Source: Octopus vulgaris
Taxonomy: Eukaryota
Length of the DNA: 64,000 nt
Assembly: GCA_951406725.2 (NCBI GenBank)
Contig: OX597834.1
Coordinates: 26,474,001-26,538,000 of the forward strand
Direction: 5' to 3'
Position 1 is the stretch's first letter. The number at the start of each line of letters is the position of its first letter. The translations under genes and the position numbers were made by a program. Below are positions 1-12,563 of this stretch, piece by piece. Under the pieces are notes generated by a model, which worked only from the letters and a program-made list of their open reading frames with translations, ran no database searches and had not been told where the DNA came from.

Positions 1-295
1 CCCCAAAGCCATTCGATGGATATAAAAAAGACATCCTTCTGTATTTTTATAATTAAATATTATCAGGAATTGTTTAAAAAAATTTTTTATGTTTTGTGCA
101 ATGTATTTTTTCTTTTTTTTCTTTTACTTGTTTCAGTCATTTGACTGTGGCCATGCTGGGGCACTTCCTTGAACAACTCAACCCTCAGGATTTATTCTTT
201 AAGCCTAGTATTGGTCTCTTTTGCCAAACTGCTAAGTTATGGGGACATAAACACACCATTACCAGTTTTCAAGGGGGCTCAAACACAGACACAAA

Positions 296-332
<37 letters not shown>

Positions 333-784
333 GAAGGGCTTCTTTCAGTTTCTGTTTATCAAACCCACTCACAAGGATTTGGTCAGCTTGAGGCTATAGT
401 AGAAGACATTTTCCAAAGGTGTCATGCAGTGGGACTGAACCTGGAACCGTATGGCTGGGAAGCAAGCTTCTTACCACACAGCCATGCCTGCACCTATTGT
501 ACATCAATCTTAATAACAAAATCCTATCTGGACCCCCAAAGGGCCATGTAGATCCTGATTGAGGACCACTGCTCTAAGCATGGCCACTGAAGCAAATAAA
601 AGATAGAAGTTAAAAAAAATATAATGTGGCTGAGATAAAAATGAAAGAAGAAAAAATTAAACAAGCGGGGGGGGGGGGATTAGTCATGGCCATGAGGTCT
701 TTTATTAAGGGACTGTGTGATAAGGTAAGACCTGGGTGGGGTGGGGTGGGGGGGCTAACCAACAGCAACAGCAGCCATATCATT

Positions 785-1670
785 CCACCACCACCACCAC
801 CACCACCACCACCACCACCACCACAGCTGCCGCCGCCGCCGCCGCCACCACCACTACTACCACTGCTGCTGCCTCCCCCACCAAGATCACCACCACCACC
901 ACCACCACTACCACCACTGCTGCTGCCTCCCCCACCAATATCACCACCACCACCACCACCACCACCACCACCACCACCACCCACCACTACGACCACTGCT
1001 GCTGCCTCCCCCACAAAGATCACCACCACCACCATCACCACCACCACCACAGCCCACTTTTCCCCACCAAGATCACCACCACCACCACCACCACTACCAC
1101 CACTGCTGCTGCCTCCCCCACAAAGATCACCACCAACCTATATCTGATGTCTAAAAATATAACATTAGTGTGGAGCTGTGTGACATGTATGGATGGCTCA
1201 AGGGAAACTAGGATGGTGGTGGTGATGGCGGTGGCGGCGGTGGTGATGGTGGTGGTGGTGGTGGTGGTGGTGGTGGTGGTGATGGTGGTGGTGGTGTGGT
1301 GATGGTGGTGGTGGTGATGGTGGTGGTGGTGGTGGTGGTGGTGGTGGTGGTGGTGGTGGTGGTGGTGGTGGTGATGGTGGTGGTGGTGATGGTGGTGGTG
1401 GTGATGGTGGTGGTGGTGGTGGTGGTGGTGGTGGTGGTGATGGTGGTGGTGGTGATGGTGGTGGCGGCGGTGGTGATGGTGGTGGTGATGGTGGTGGTGG
1501 TGGTGGTGGTGGTGGTGGTGGTGGTGGTGGTGGTGGTGGTGGTGATGGTGGTGGTGGTGATGGTGGTGGTGGTGGTGGTGGTGATGGTGGTGGTGGTGGT
1601 GGTGGTGGTGGTGGTGGTGGTGGTGGTGGTGGTGGTGGTGGTGGTGGTGGTGATGGTGGTGGTGGTGGTG
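785..1670. repeat. (CCA)n minisatellite-like array facing a (TGG)n array
   Basis: 785-1140 is CCA-rich with a recurring ccactgctgctgcctcccccaccaagatca unit. 1213-1670 is (ggt)n. Confidence 0.9.
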
Positions 1671-2569
1671 ATAAAGGTTGTAATAGTGGTGGAGGTGGAT
1701 GTAATTGTCATATTGTTGGAAGTGGTAGGGTGAGACCAATAGTGGTGACAATGGTGGTCACTGTTGTATTGTTGTTAGTGTGGTGGTTGTGGTGGTGGTG
1801 GTGATGGTTTTGGTGGTGGTGGTGAAAACAATGCTGACGTCACATCCCATGTCACCAACAAGATAAAGAGTAATGGGTGAGGGAAGGTTTAAAAATAGAT
1901 GGGACAAACTGATGATTAAATATAAACCACCAACGCAGCAGGCTGAAGACTCTGCTAGAAATAGCAGCTAAATTTACCTCAGATTATCATTCTAGTGTCT
2001 TTCAAAAAAAAACAAAAAAAAGCCAAAAAAACGAAGGACATATTATAAAACGAAGGGCATAGTCACATTTAGGGCAAGAGAAAAAGTGTTTGAAATGACT
2101 GGATGGTCAAGCGTGGGGCTGGGAGTAGAATGCTTTGTTTATAAATCTAATGGATCAAGTATGGCCAGGGGTTAAACAACAAGAACAGTAACAGCAATAC
2201 AGTGGTTACTTGGACTGCTAGAAATAGCAGCCAAATCTCCCTTCAACTTTAAAATGGAAAGACACTAAAAAGATTTTTATGATTGGATGGTCACAGATGG
2301 AATGTATGGCCACATTTGGAGTGTCTAATCACAAATCTGCTGGATCAAGTATGACCTGAGGTTAAACTAGTTCTGTAGTGCAGATGGCAACACATAGTTG
2401 CATGTGCAGTGAGATCTAGCAGCAATCTTTATGAGGCACTCTTGTGACATTTGTGATTTGTGATCACGTGTATGCTGTAGACTGTGATTATGTGATGGAC
2501 AGGAGCAAAGAGCCAACATAGTCTGCTACAGAGACATTGAGCATACTTCAGTACTGAAATGATTAAAGA

Positions 2570-2760
2570 AGACTCTTTATTTATGGAAGATAGGACTCCT
2601 TATCACAGCTAAAAAGACCCAAGATTGGTTGGAAAAGAATGGCATTTAAAGACTTTGATGATCAATCCAATCACCAGATATGAACCTATTGAACATCTCT
2701 GGGGCATAATGGACAGGAAAGCATCCTCAAAGACAGATCTGTGCATGGGTCTTGGTAAGA
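2570..2760 (+). mobile_element. Tc1-like transposase remnant
   Basis: Disrupted reading F.ED..PYH.AKKTQDWLEKNGI...QSPDMN.IEHLWGIMDRK, matching the Tc1 DD34E SPDLNPIE.LW motif. Confidence 0.65.
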
Positions 2761-3588
2761 AATTCCTTAAGAGAATATTCATCAACTGATCAGTAAGCAT
2801 GCCTGATAGGGCCCTTGCATTGAAAAATTCAAAAGGCATGTCTTCTAAATATTAGACATTTACATTATAGGCGCAGGAGTGGCTGTGTGGTAAGTAGCTT
2901 GCTAACCAACCACATGGTTCCGGGTTCAGTCCCACTGTGTGGCATCTTGGGCAAGTGTCTTCTGCTATAGCCCCGGGCCGACCAATGCCTTGTGAGTGGA
3001 TTTGGTAGACAGAAACTGAAAGAAGCCTGTCGTACATATATTTATTAGGGGTGTGCCAAGTGAATTATTTGCAGTTATTTAGTCATACTTAAGATGTTCG
3101 TGTACACTTGGACATGGTAAGACAATAAGCTGTACATTCTATCTTGTGAGAAATTCTCCTTATAGACAATATGGGTGTACACAAACCAGCAGTCGTTTAT
3201 GACATCACCAGGCCATTCTGTGTGTGTATGTGTGTGTGTTTGGTAGAACGAAAATAGAAATGTGTGCATATGTGTGTGTTTGGTAGAATGAAAATAGAAA
3301 TGTGTGCGTATGTGTGTGTTTGTATGTGTGTATGTGTAGGATTGGTAGAATAGAAACAGAAAATAAAATATGAGTCTAAATAATTTTCTTTCATTTTTAA
3401 TCAGCAGGAGTTACAAAATGATGCAAGGGCCGAGGGTTTAAAAGTGTCATTCCTGAAATTCTTGGCCTTTAAGTCACTTTGTAAATTCTGCTGATTAATA
3501 TATGTATGTGTGAGCATGTGACTGCATGTGTACTGTTGGTGATTTTTTTTCCTCCATCTTCCCTTCTTTGGATCTTTCCTTTTCCTAT

Positions 3589-3623
3589 GTTTCTGACGAA
3601 GAGCTCCGCTCGAAACGTTAAAC
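3589..3623 (+). ncRNA. Minimal type I hammerhead ribozyme motif in a Penelope-like terminal remnant
   Basis: gttt-CTGACGA-a-gagc tcc gctc-GAAA-cg-TT-aaac. Helix I gttt/aaac, helix II gagc/gctc, palindromic helix III ACGT. Confidence 0.55.
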
Positions 3624-4057
3624 CCTCTTTCTTTCCTGAGCGTCCAATAACACTATACTTGTTCCACGTCCTCGCATTGTTGTGTTTTCTCTTTGTGTTT
3701 TCATGTTTGGATTAACTTTATATATATATACATACACACACACAGACACACATATATATATATCATCATCATCATCATTTAATGTCTGCTTTCCATGCTG
3801 GTTTGGGTTAGATGGTTTGACTGGAACTGGTAAACCAGGTTCCAGTCTGATTTGACATGGTTTCTATGGCTAGATGCCCTTCCTAATGCCAACCCCTTCA
3901 AGAATGTAACAGGTGCTTTTTATATGCCACTGGCACAGGTGGCATGATTATGATTTCACTTAGCTTAACAAGTTTTCACAGCATATCACTAAAGGTCTCA
4001 GTCACTTGTTGCCTCTAAAAGGCTCAGCATTTGAAGATCATGCTACCAGCCACTACC

Positions 4058-4108
<51 letters not shown>

Positions 4109-4226
4109 AATAGTAAAAAGTGAAAAAACTACAGAAGGCTTGTTTTAAAAGGTTAAAAAATATATATTTGAGTCAATATGTCTGAAGAATGTTATAAATT
4201 TTTTTCATACAATGACATAGTTTTTG

Positions 4227-4266
4227 AAGAAATGACCGGTTTCACGTTCAGCTTTTCAAATTTCTT
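4227..4266 (-). ncRNA. Minimal type I hammerhead ribozyme motif with U3:A8 core variant
   Basis: Minus strand aagaaat-TTGAAAA-gc tgaac gt-GAAA-ccgg-TC-atttctt. Perfect 7-bp helix I, palindromic helix III ACCGGT, GUC cleavage triplet. Confidence 0.5.
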
Positions 4267-5034
4267 ACATAGTTATGTTTATGTTGAGAAGAGTTCCAGA
4301 TAAGGGGAGGCAATAAGTGATTTCTTCCGGTGTAAGGGAGAGAATCGCTTAAAATTTATTGCCTTTCTTTTGGAGTGAGTTTCTCTGTATAAGTATGTTG
4401 GAATCACATTTCTTTGCCTTCTCTTCTTGCTCACTTTCCCTCCACTTTTCACTTCACTGTGTCCCTGTCATTTTTTCTCACCCCTCCTTAATTCTTCTGT
4501 CCCTCTGCTTCTACTTATTTCTCTTCTCTTTCCACATGACCGATCAGCCAAACCTGCTCTTTCTTTCCATGTCCAATGTTATCCGTGCAACATTGATATT
4601 CTTCCCTGTATTTGTGAAACTTTTGTATCTCTGCCGTAAGGCTTCATTTCCACATGCGCCAGCTTAATTTAATTCGTCCTTAGTCGAAAGACACCTGTTG
4701 TTATGTCCTCTTATTATTTTTATTGTATTTGTGTAACATTGTCCGTTTTTTTCCGTCCTTGTTTTGTATACATTCGCTGCTTTCTTCGAAGGAATCTAAT
4801 ACTCTTCTCAGCTATGTCGTTTGAGGTTTAGTCTCACTGCATGCTATCTTTGATAGGTGTTTTCTACTTTAGCCCTAGCTTAGCCAAAACCTTGTGAGTG
4901 GATTTGATAGATAGAGACTGGAAAAAAAACCTATTGTATCTATCTCTCCCTCTTCCTCTCTCTCTCTCTCTTCCTCTCTCCCTCTTTCTCTTCTATCTCT
5001 CTCTCTATCTATCTCTGACAAAATATGGAATGTT

Positions 5035-5110
5035 CAGCACGCATGCGCAGAATGGGACTACTTCCGGGTGGCCACCGGAAGTCTTCCCCATGCGCATGTG
5101 CGGGAAACTG
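5035..5110. promoter_or_regulatory. CpG-rich imperfect palindrome with paired NRF1-like and ETS-like motifs
   Basis: gcacgcatgcgca...acttccgg gtggcca ccggaagt...tgcgcatgtgc in otherwise AT-rich, CpG-poor DNA. Confidence 0.35.
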
Positions 5111-5470
5111 ATCCCTAAGGCACAGTCAACTCCACTCTCTGGCGCTTTCAGCCCTCATGAACAGACGTGCATTTGGTAGTCTCTGAGAACTCTACACCGG
5201 TTTAGCAACGGACCACATCGAATCATTTCAATCAACCAACAGGAAGCAGTACAAAGATTCGGCTGTCGTTTCCCCTCAGAAAATACGCACACCATCACGA
5301 GTAATAAACAACAATTTGCTGTCTTTCCCAGATAACCTGACTTCGTCTGTTATATCTAACTAAATTGAATGTGACGGGATCGGATCGGACACCCCTTCAG
5401 TGATACTGATTCCAGATCCTGTTACAAAGGTATTTTCTCACCATCTCCTTTATATTCTTATGTTTTATAG

Positions 5471-5596
5471 ACAATGATATTGCTCTCATCATTCTACCAT
5501 CTCCATTGGACCTAAACAAGTGCATTCAACCAGTGACCCTTCCAGATATTCATGAACTCAAGAATTTATCCAACTGCATTACCTTCGATCAGAATG
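5471..5596 (+). CDS. Internal exon of trypsin-fold (peptidase S1) serine protease homolog, Asp102 region
   Basis: Acceptor tgttttatag and donor aatg|gtaagt. Translates (x)NDIALIILPSPLDLNKCIQPVTLPDIHELKNLSNCITFDQN, carrying the S1 NDIAL and IQPV.LP motifs. Phase-1 end joins exon 10491. Upstream His57 exon not found in the window. Confidence 0.85.
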
Positions 5597-5869
5597 GTAA
5601 GTTCCCTTTTTGATTTTATTCTTCAAGACAATAATTTCTTTAAATGTTTATTCCCTAAAATCCCATCAACTACAGTACAGCACAAAACTGCATCAGTCAA
5701 GCCAGCCTTGAAACACAAGACATCACAAGAGTTGTACTTTAACGTTATTTACATTCATTTTGAAGGACAAGAGGACTCTCTAACATAATGGAGGAAACGG
5801 AATTATAACACGACTGGGCTTTTGACGGAGAAAATTTCGAATAGAAAGTTAAGAATTTATTTAGTAGGA

Positions 5870-6042
5870 TTCATCGTCGTCGTCGTTGTCCTCCTCCTCA
5901 TCATCATTATCGCCATCGTCATCATCATCATCGTCATCGTCATCATCATCGTCATCATCACCATCATCCTCGTCATCATCATCATCATCGTCATCATCAT
6001 CATCATCATCATCATCATCAATCATTATCATAATCATCATCG

Positions 6043-6076
<34 letters not shown>

Positions 6077-6233
6077 AATCATCATCATCATCGTTGTTGT
6101 CGTCATCATCATCATCATCATCATCATCGTCATCATATCATCGTCATCATCATCGTCATCATCATCATCATCATAATCATCATCGTCATCATCATCATCA
6201 TCATCATCGTCATCATCGTCATCATCACCATCG

Positions 6234-6266
<33 letters not shown>

Positions 6267-6378
6267 ATCATTATCATCATAATCATCATCGTCATCATCA
6301 TCGTCATCATCTTCGTCATCACCATCACCATCACCATCACCATCATCATCGTCATCATCATCATCATAATCATCATCG

Positions 6379-6416
<38 letters not shown>

Positions 6417-6465
6417 GTCATCATCATCATCGTCGTCATCATCATCATCATCATCATCATTCTTG

Positions 6466-6501
<36 letters not shown>

Positions 6502-6510
6502 CCACCACTA
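5870..6510. repeat. Long imperfect (CAT)n microsatellite
   Basis: About 640 bp of cat/cgt/aat triplets. Confidence 0.95.
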
Positions 6511-9500
6511 ACCCCTGTATTTTCCTGTCTCGAGTCTTAGGACTCAGGGGACCAGTTACCTAGTTTCCATGGTGTACAGGTGACCAAAATCGCAACATTC
6601 CCCTCAAATGGGACACCAATCTATCACAGGGTTACACATTTTGCTGCTGAGTAAAATAGAGCAATGTGAATATAGAGCATTTTTGCTCAAGAACATAACA
6701 CACCGATTGGTCCAACCACTAGGCCATGCACTTTTACTACAGGACTAATTTCATTGATAAAAGTTTATAAGGTAGTGAACGGGCAAATGTGTTAGGGTAT
6801 CATATTATTTGCTTCAAGGGTATTTGTTCCTGCTCTCTGTGTTATGAGTTCAAATCATCCCAGAGGTACTCATACACACACATCACCTCTCCCCCAGCTT
6901 TGCATATTTACTTTGCAATTAGTAAATCATCATCATCATCATCATCGTTTAGAGTCCGCTTTCCATGCTAGCATGGGTTGGATGGTTCAACTGGGGTCTG
7001 GGAAGCCAGAAGGCTGCACCAGGCCCAGTCTTATCTGGCAGTGTTTCTATAGCTGGATGCCCTTCCTAATGCCAACCACTCCGTTAGTGTAGTGGGTGCT
7101 TTTTACATGCCACCGGCACAGGTGCCAGACGAGGCTGGCAAATGGCCATGATTGGATGGTGCTTTTTACGTGCCACCGGCACAAACAGGTTAATCACAAT
7201 ACATGTATATTAATCCCATGTGATGACCAGCAGACTGATCACATGATTATTAACCAATGGATTATCCCAGAGAAGAAGAGGACAACATTGAAGTGACACT
7301 CACTTAAAGTTATACTTAATCATATTTCTGCAGACAATGACAAACTAAGGTAGAAACCTGTTTACAATTGTTACTCTGTAACTTTTATCTTTTACTCGTT
7401 TCAGTCATTAGACTGCGACCATGCTGGGGCACTGCCTTGGAGAATGTTTTAAGTTGAAAGAATCAATCCCAGCATGTTTATGTTTTATGTTTTCCAGTTT
7501 CAGTTGAAAGAATCAATCCCAGCATGTGATTTGAAAAATGAAAAAAATAATTTTGTATAGACTCATACCTCATTCTATTGGTCTCTTTTGCAGAACTGCT
7601 AAGTCATGAGGACAGAAACACACCAACACCAGTTGTCAAGCAGTGGTGGGGACAAACACAGACACAAAGACATACACACACACGCACACACACACCTATC
7701 TATCTATACAATGAGTTTCTTTCAGTTTCTGTCTATCAAATCCACTCACAAGGCTTCAGTTCACCTGAGACTATTGTAGTAGACACTTGCCCAAGGTGCC
7801 ACACAGTGGGACTGAACTTGGAACCATGAGGTTGGGAAGCGGGCTTCTTACCACACAGCCATGCTTGCAAAAACAAAAATATGTAATATTCATCATCATC
7901 ATCATCATCATTTAGCGTCCGTTTTCCATGCTAGCATGGGTTGGACGGTTCAACAGGCTGGCGAACGGCCACGCTCGGATGGTGTTTTTATGTGCCACCG
8001 ACACAGGTGCCAGACGATTTATTTATTTATTTATTTATTTTTTTTTACTATATTGCATGTTTAATGAATTAGTTACGCTGACACTGATTAAGCTAGTTGC
8101 ATAAGTAAGCTTTTATAATTTGCAAAGTAAATGATGACCTAAAAAGCTAATGTATTTGGTTTCATGCAAGGTTACTGGAAGAACAAGGAACCAGCTGGCA
8201 TATGAAGACAGGCTGGGACGTCAGATGACAACAGAACAGAGGCTATAGTTCATGAATGGGGGTTATTGTTAATACCAGATATACTCAGCATAGCGGTATG
8301 CCCACAAGGTATACGGATATATGCAAGCAGGCTGACAGGTCAGGCAATTACAGAACAGGGGTTAACTCAGGGGTGCGGCGAGTTGGTTAAGGCGGCGAGT
8401 TGGCAGAAACGTTAGCACGCCGTGTGAAATGCGTAGCCGTATTTCGTCTGCTGTTACGTTCTGAGTTCAAATTCCGCCGAGGTCGACTTTGCCTTTCCTC
8501 CTTTCATCATCATCATCATCATCATTTAGCGTCCGCTTTCCATGCTAGCATGGGTTGGACGGTTCAACTGGGGTCCGGGAAGCCTGAAGGCTGCACCAGG
8601 CCCAGTCTGATCTGGCAGTGTTTCTACGGCTGGATGTCCTTCCTAACGCCAACCACTCCGTGAGTGTAGTGGGTGCTTTTTACGTGCCATTACGTTCTGA
8701 GTTCAAATTCCGATCGATGGTGCTTTTTACGTACCACCGGCACGGGGGCCAGGCAAGGCTGGTCCCATGGTCGAATTTTTCGTGGTCGATAAATTAAGTA
8801 CCAGTTATGCACTGGGGTCGATATAATCGACTTAATCCATTTGTCTGTCCTTGTTTGTCCTCTCTGTGTGTAGCTCCTAGTGGGTAGTAAAGAAATAGGT
8901 ATAGCTAGAGTGGGTGTGCTATCTGGGTCAGCCTTTGAGTTTGTCCATTCCCCTGAATTCACCAGCTTTATGCAGCAAATGCAAAAGTACTACCCTCCAT
9001 AGATGCATCACCTGGGGTGGATAGCCTCCTTCTTCACTTTGTTTCATTTTGCTTTAGTGAAAAGTGAGCACCAGCCTGGTGATGGTACAGTCCTGTCTGT
9101 CTGTCTGTCTCTCCTTCTCGTAAGTGTCACATCCTGATTGTTCGGTTAAATGACAGGTAGGAAGTTTCAAGAGTGTCTTATGTCTGTTTGTGACTACTTA
9201 AAACAATTAGCGAGAGCACGGTATGTGCTAACGAGTCATGCTTGTGTATGAGTGACAGCTGTTGTTTTGATTTCTTTTCAAAAACTTCAGCAAGCACACT
9301 TCAGGGAAAACCAAAATATTAACAAGACAGTTTATGATTCATACTTCATGAAATACCAAGATATTGCCCCCCCCCCCAAAAAAAAACCCTAATCAAAAAA
9401 TTGCCATATACACTCATTAAATTCTGTAACTTTCTTGTCCTTCATTATCCTTCATAGGTACGGTCATGGTTGTGGGATTAAGAAGCTTCCTTCTCAGTCA

Positions 9501-9624
9501 TGTGGTCTTGGGTTCAATCCCACTGTGTGGCACCTTGGGCAAGTGTATTCTACTTTTACAGCTTCAGGCTGAACATTGCCTTGTGAATAGATTTGGTTGA
9601 TGGAATCTGAAAGAGGCCCATTAT

Positions 9625-9812
9625 ATATTCAAGTGGGTGGTGAGAAGTTCCTGGCTTTAAGGGTACTGTGAAAGGCCGGGGTTGGAGGGCCAACCTCCTG
9701 AGTTCTTTGACAGGGCTTAGAAAAACTGAAGGACCACTGCAATAAATGTGTGAATCTGAGAAGGGAATATGTTTTACCCAAATCCAGGAACTTTTTAGCA
9801 TCCCCTTGTATA
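9625..9812. mobile_element. Mariner-type MITE
   Basis: Imperfect TIRs (gagaagttcctgg / ccaggaactttttagcatcccc) flanked by TA. Confidence 0.5.
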
Positions 9813-9847
9813 TATATTATATCATATTGTATTATATATATATATAT

Positions 9848-9926
<79 letters not shown>

Positions 9927-10490
9927 CCACCACGGCCACCGCCCCCACCACGGCCACCGCCCCCACCACGGCCACCATCACCACCATTTAATGTTGATTT
10001 TCCGTTCTGGCATGAGTTGGATGCTTAAAAAAGGCCTAATAAACCAGAGAATTGTGCCAAGGCTTCCTAATGCCAACTACTTTAATGAATGCCCTGCGTG
10101 CTTTTAGGTGGTTCTGGCACCAAATAATTCACAAGACCCCTAAACCTTGTGGGCAGCAGTTTTGAGGGAGGTGGCTTTGTACCATGTGATGAAAAGTTAA
10201 AGTATGTTAGAGGGACAAGAACAGGTGTCTTGCTGTAGAAGAGATGTGTGGCTACCCCAGATGGAAAAGAAGAGGAGATGGTGGCAAAGATGTGTTAGGG
10301 CACACCCTCAGGTTGCTGGAAGATGAATAAAAGAGAAGTGGTAGAGAGGATTGGACACAGTAACTGGGTTAATAAGTTTATAAGAGTGTCAAAAGAGGGT
10401 GGCAGATGGATACAAATGAAGCTGGAAGGGAATGCAGTTGGGGTGACCTTGTTCCTATCCTGGAAATGTATCTTTACCATCATGTTTCAG

Positions 10491-10621
10491 TGAAAGAGAC
10501 CTCCAAAGAACTTATTCCAAAACAGACATCACTTCTAAAAAACAAGTGTTTTGAGTTTGTTGGAAAAGACCAAAGACTATGTGAAGAATTTTGGGCCACA
10601 GATTCTCCAAACTCATGCAAG
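10491..10621 (+). CDS. Internal exon of S1 serine protease homolog
   Basis: Acceptor catgtttcag, donor caag|gtaagg. Gives VKETSKELIPKQTSLLKNKCFEFVGKDQRLCEEFWATDSPNSCK, in phase with both neighbours. Ends at the phase-0 intron position typical of S1 genes (DSCQ|GDSGG). Confidence 0.8.
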
Positions 10622-11816
10622 GTAAGGCATTTTTGTGTTTCAACTTTAACTGTAATGATAAGGTGGAAAGCTGGCAGAATCAGTAGCATACTGGGTAAAA
10701 TGCTTAATGGCATTTCATCCATCTTTATGTTCTGAGTTCAAATCTCGCCAAGGTCGACTTTGGCTTTTGTTGTGTTAGGGTCAATAAAATAAGTACCAGT
10801 TGAATACAGGGGTTGATGTAATTGACTTAACTCCTACCCCAAAATTGCTGGCCTTGTGCCAAAATTTGTCACCCATATTAATTGTAATTAATATGGGTGT
10901 GTGGTTTAAAAGATTGCTCCATAACCACATGGTTTTCAGTTTGGTTCCATTTTTTTTTTTTTTAAATTTTTCCAGTTTCAGCTCATGAGCTGTGGCCATG
11001 CTGGGGCACCGCCATTATGTGTCATATTCAGCAAATACCTTCTTTGTTTGAGTTGAGTGAGTGGAATTTGCTTGATTGGAACTATGTGGAAGCCATGCTG
11101 ATGGACCAATCCTTTTCTTGGATAGGAGGCTTAAGTCTTTTGTTATCATATCTCTGTTGAACTACACTGCTTTTATTTCAATTAATTTTGGAAAAAATGA
11201 AGAATTTATTGAGAAGTAATGTTTGTCATCATCTAGGAATTTATTAAAATAACTGTCATTGTTAAGATGATGTTTGGACAATAAATTAATATGAAACTTT
11301 GCTGGGAGGTTTTAATTTTGATTACTTTAGAATAGGAAGTTTGGGTTGTAGAATGAGGGTGTAGTCTCTAGCAGATTGGTATCAAAAGTGTATCATTTCC
11401 CTTATCAACAGTTCTTCTGCTGGCTTTGCACCTTTGAAGATGCGTAGAATAAGAAATTTCTTACTTGAAAACAATTAAGAATTAGTAATAGGAAAGGTAT
11501 CTGATTATCAAACAAAGCCTCAATAATATAGTCTTCCAATCCATGCCAGCATGGAAAAACAGACTAAAATTAATGGATATATAGATTATTTGTAGATCAG
11601 TTCTAATTTACTTAGTTGATAACTTACTAATAAGTAATGATTCTTATCTTTAAAAATCAAAATTTTTATTTACAAGTAGCCTTGCTTACGAACCACATGG
11701 TTCCGGGTTCAGTCCCACTGCGTGGAATCTTGGGCAAGTGTCTTCTACTATAGCCTCGTGCCGACCAAAGCCTTGTGAGTGGATTTGGTAGACGGAAAAT
11801 TGAAAGAAGCCTGTCG

Positions 11817-11853
<37 letters not shown>

Positions 11854-12394
11854 ATATGTTTGTGTGTCTGTGTTTGTCCCCCCAACATCGCTTGACAACC
11901 GATGCTGGTGTGTTTATGTCCCTGTAACTTAGCGGTTTGGCAAAAGAGACCGATAGAATAAGTACTAGGCTTACAAAGAATAAGTCCTGGGTCGATTTGC
12001 TCGACTAAAAAAAAGGCAGTGCTCCAGCATGGCCACAGTCAAATGACTGAAACAAGTAAAAGAGTAAAGAGTAAAGAGAGCCTAAATAAAAAAAAAAAGT
12101 TGCAAGCTAACTAAGGAGTTGTGTAATCTGTTACCCCTAGTCCAATCTGGTAATCTTGGCCATGATTAAATTTCCTGCTTCTAAATCTTGTTTTCTTTTT
12201 ATCAAAATCAAGCTTTCTCAGCGGCAATTGTATAACTTTATACTGACATTCGAAATAACCTACAAGCTAGAATGCTTTCATAATGCACAAGTTAGCTGTT
12301 TAATTAAGATATATTTCCCTTAAACAATAGCGTATTAATCCTATCGTTATTGAATGAAATGAATTATATTGTCAATGTTTTCTATTCATTCCAG

Positions 12395-12553
12395 GAGCCT
12401 ATGGGCAGTCCACTAATCTGTTTGAAAAGCAAAAACAGTCAGCAGGTGCTAGTCGGGTTTGCTTCAGCTGCTGGTTGTTACAAAGGGTTTACGGTGTATG
12501 TCAATGTTGCCTTTCATCAGAAATGGTTGAATCTGTTCTCCAAGGAATTAAAG
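12395..12553 (+). CDS. Exon of S1 serine protease homolog with degenerate catalytic Ser motif
   Basis: Acceptor tctattcattccag, donor aaag|gtaaga. EPMGSPLICLKSKNSQQVLVGFASAAGCYKGFTVYVNVAFHQKWLNLFSKELK aligns by eye to GDSGGPLVC...LVGIVS.G.GC....VYT.V.....WI. Confidence 0.85.
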
Positions 12554-12563
12554 GTAAGATTAA

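Noticed and set aside
610-1751. Poly-Pro/Thr/His/Val ORFs (and similar at 5822-6511, 18353-18975, 29750-30488, 36220-36689, 39762-40224, 47041-47805)
   Set aside because: Stop-free microsatellites are open in several frames on both strands, and there are no splice or domain signals.
5332-5429. Possible upstream protease exon (RIGHPFSDTDSRSCYK|DNDIAL)
   Set aside because: All frames from the acceptor contain stops and the implied intron would be only 41 nt.
5020-5430. Telomerase RNA, RNase P/MRP or 7SK identity for the CpG island
   Set aside because: No CUAACCCU template and no convincing CR-I/CR-V or 7SK motifs by eye.
8900-9000. hAT transposase-like peptide FEFVHSPEFTSFMQQMQKYYPP
   Set aside because: Too short and degenerate to call without a profile search.
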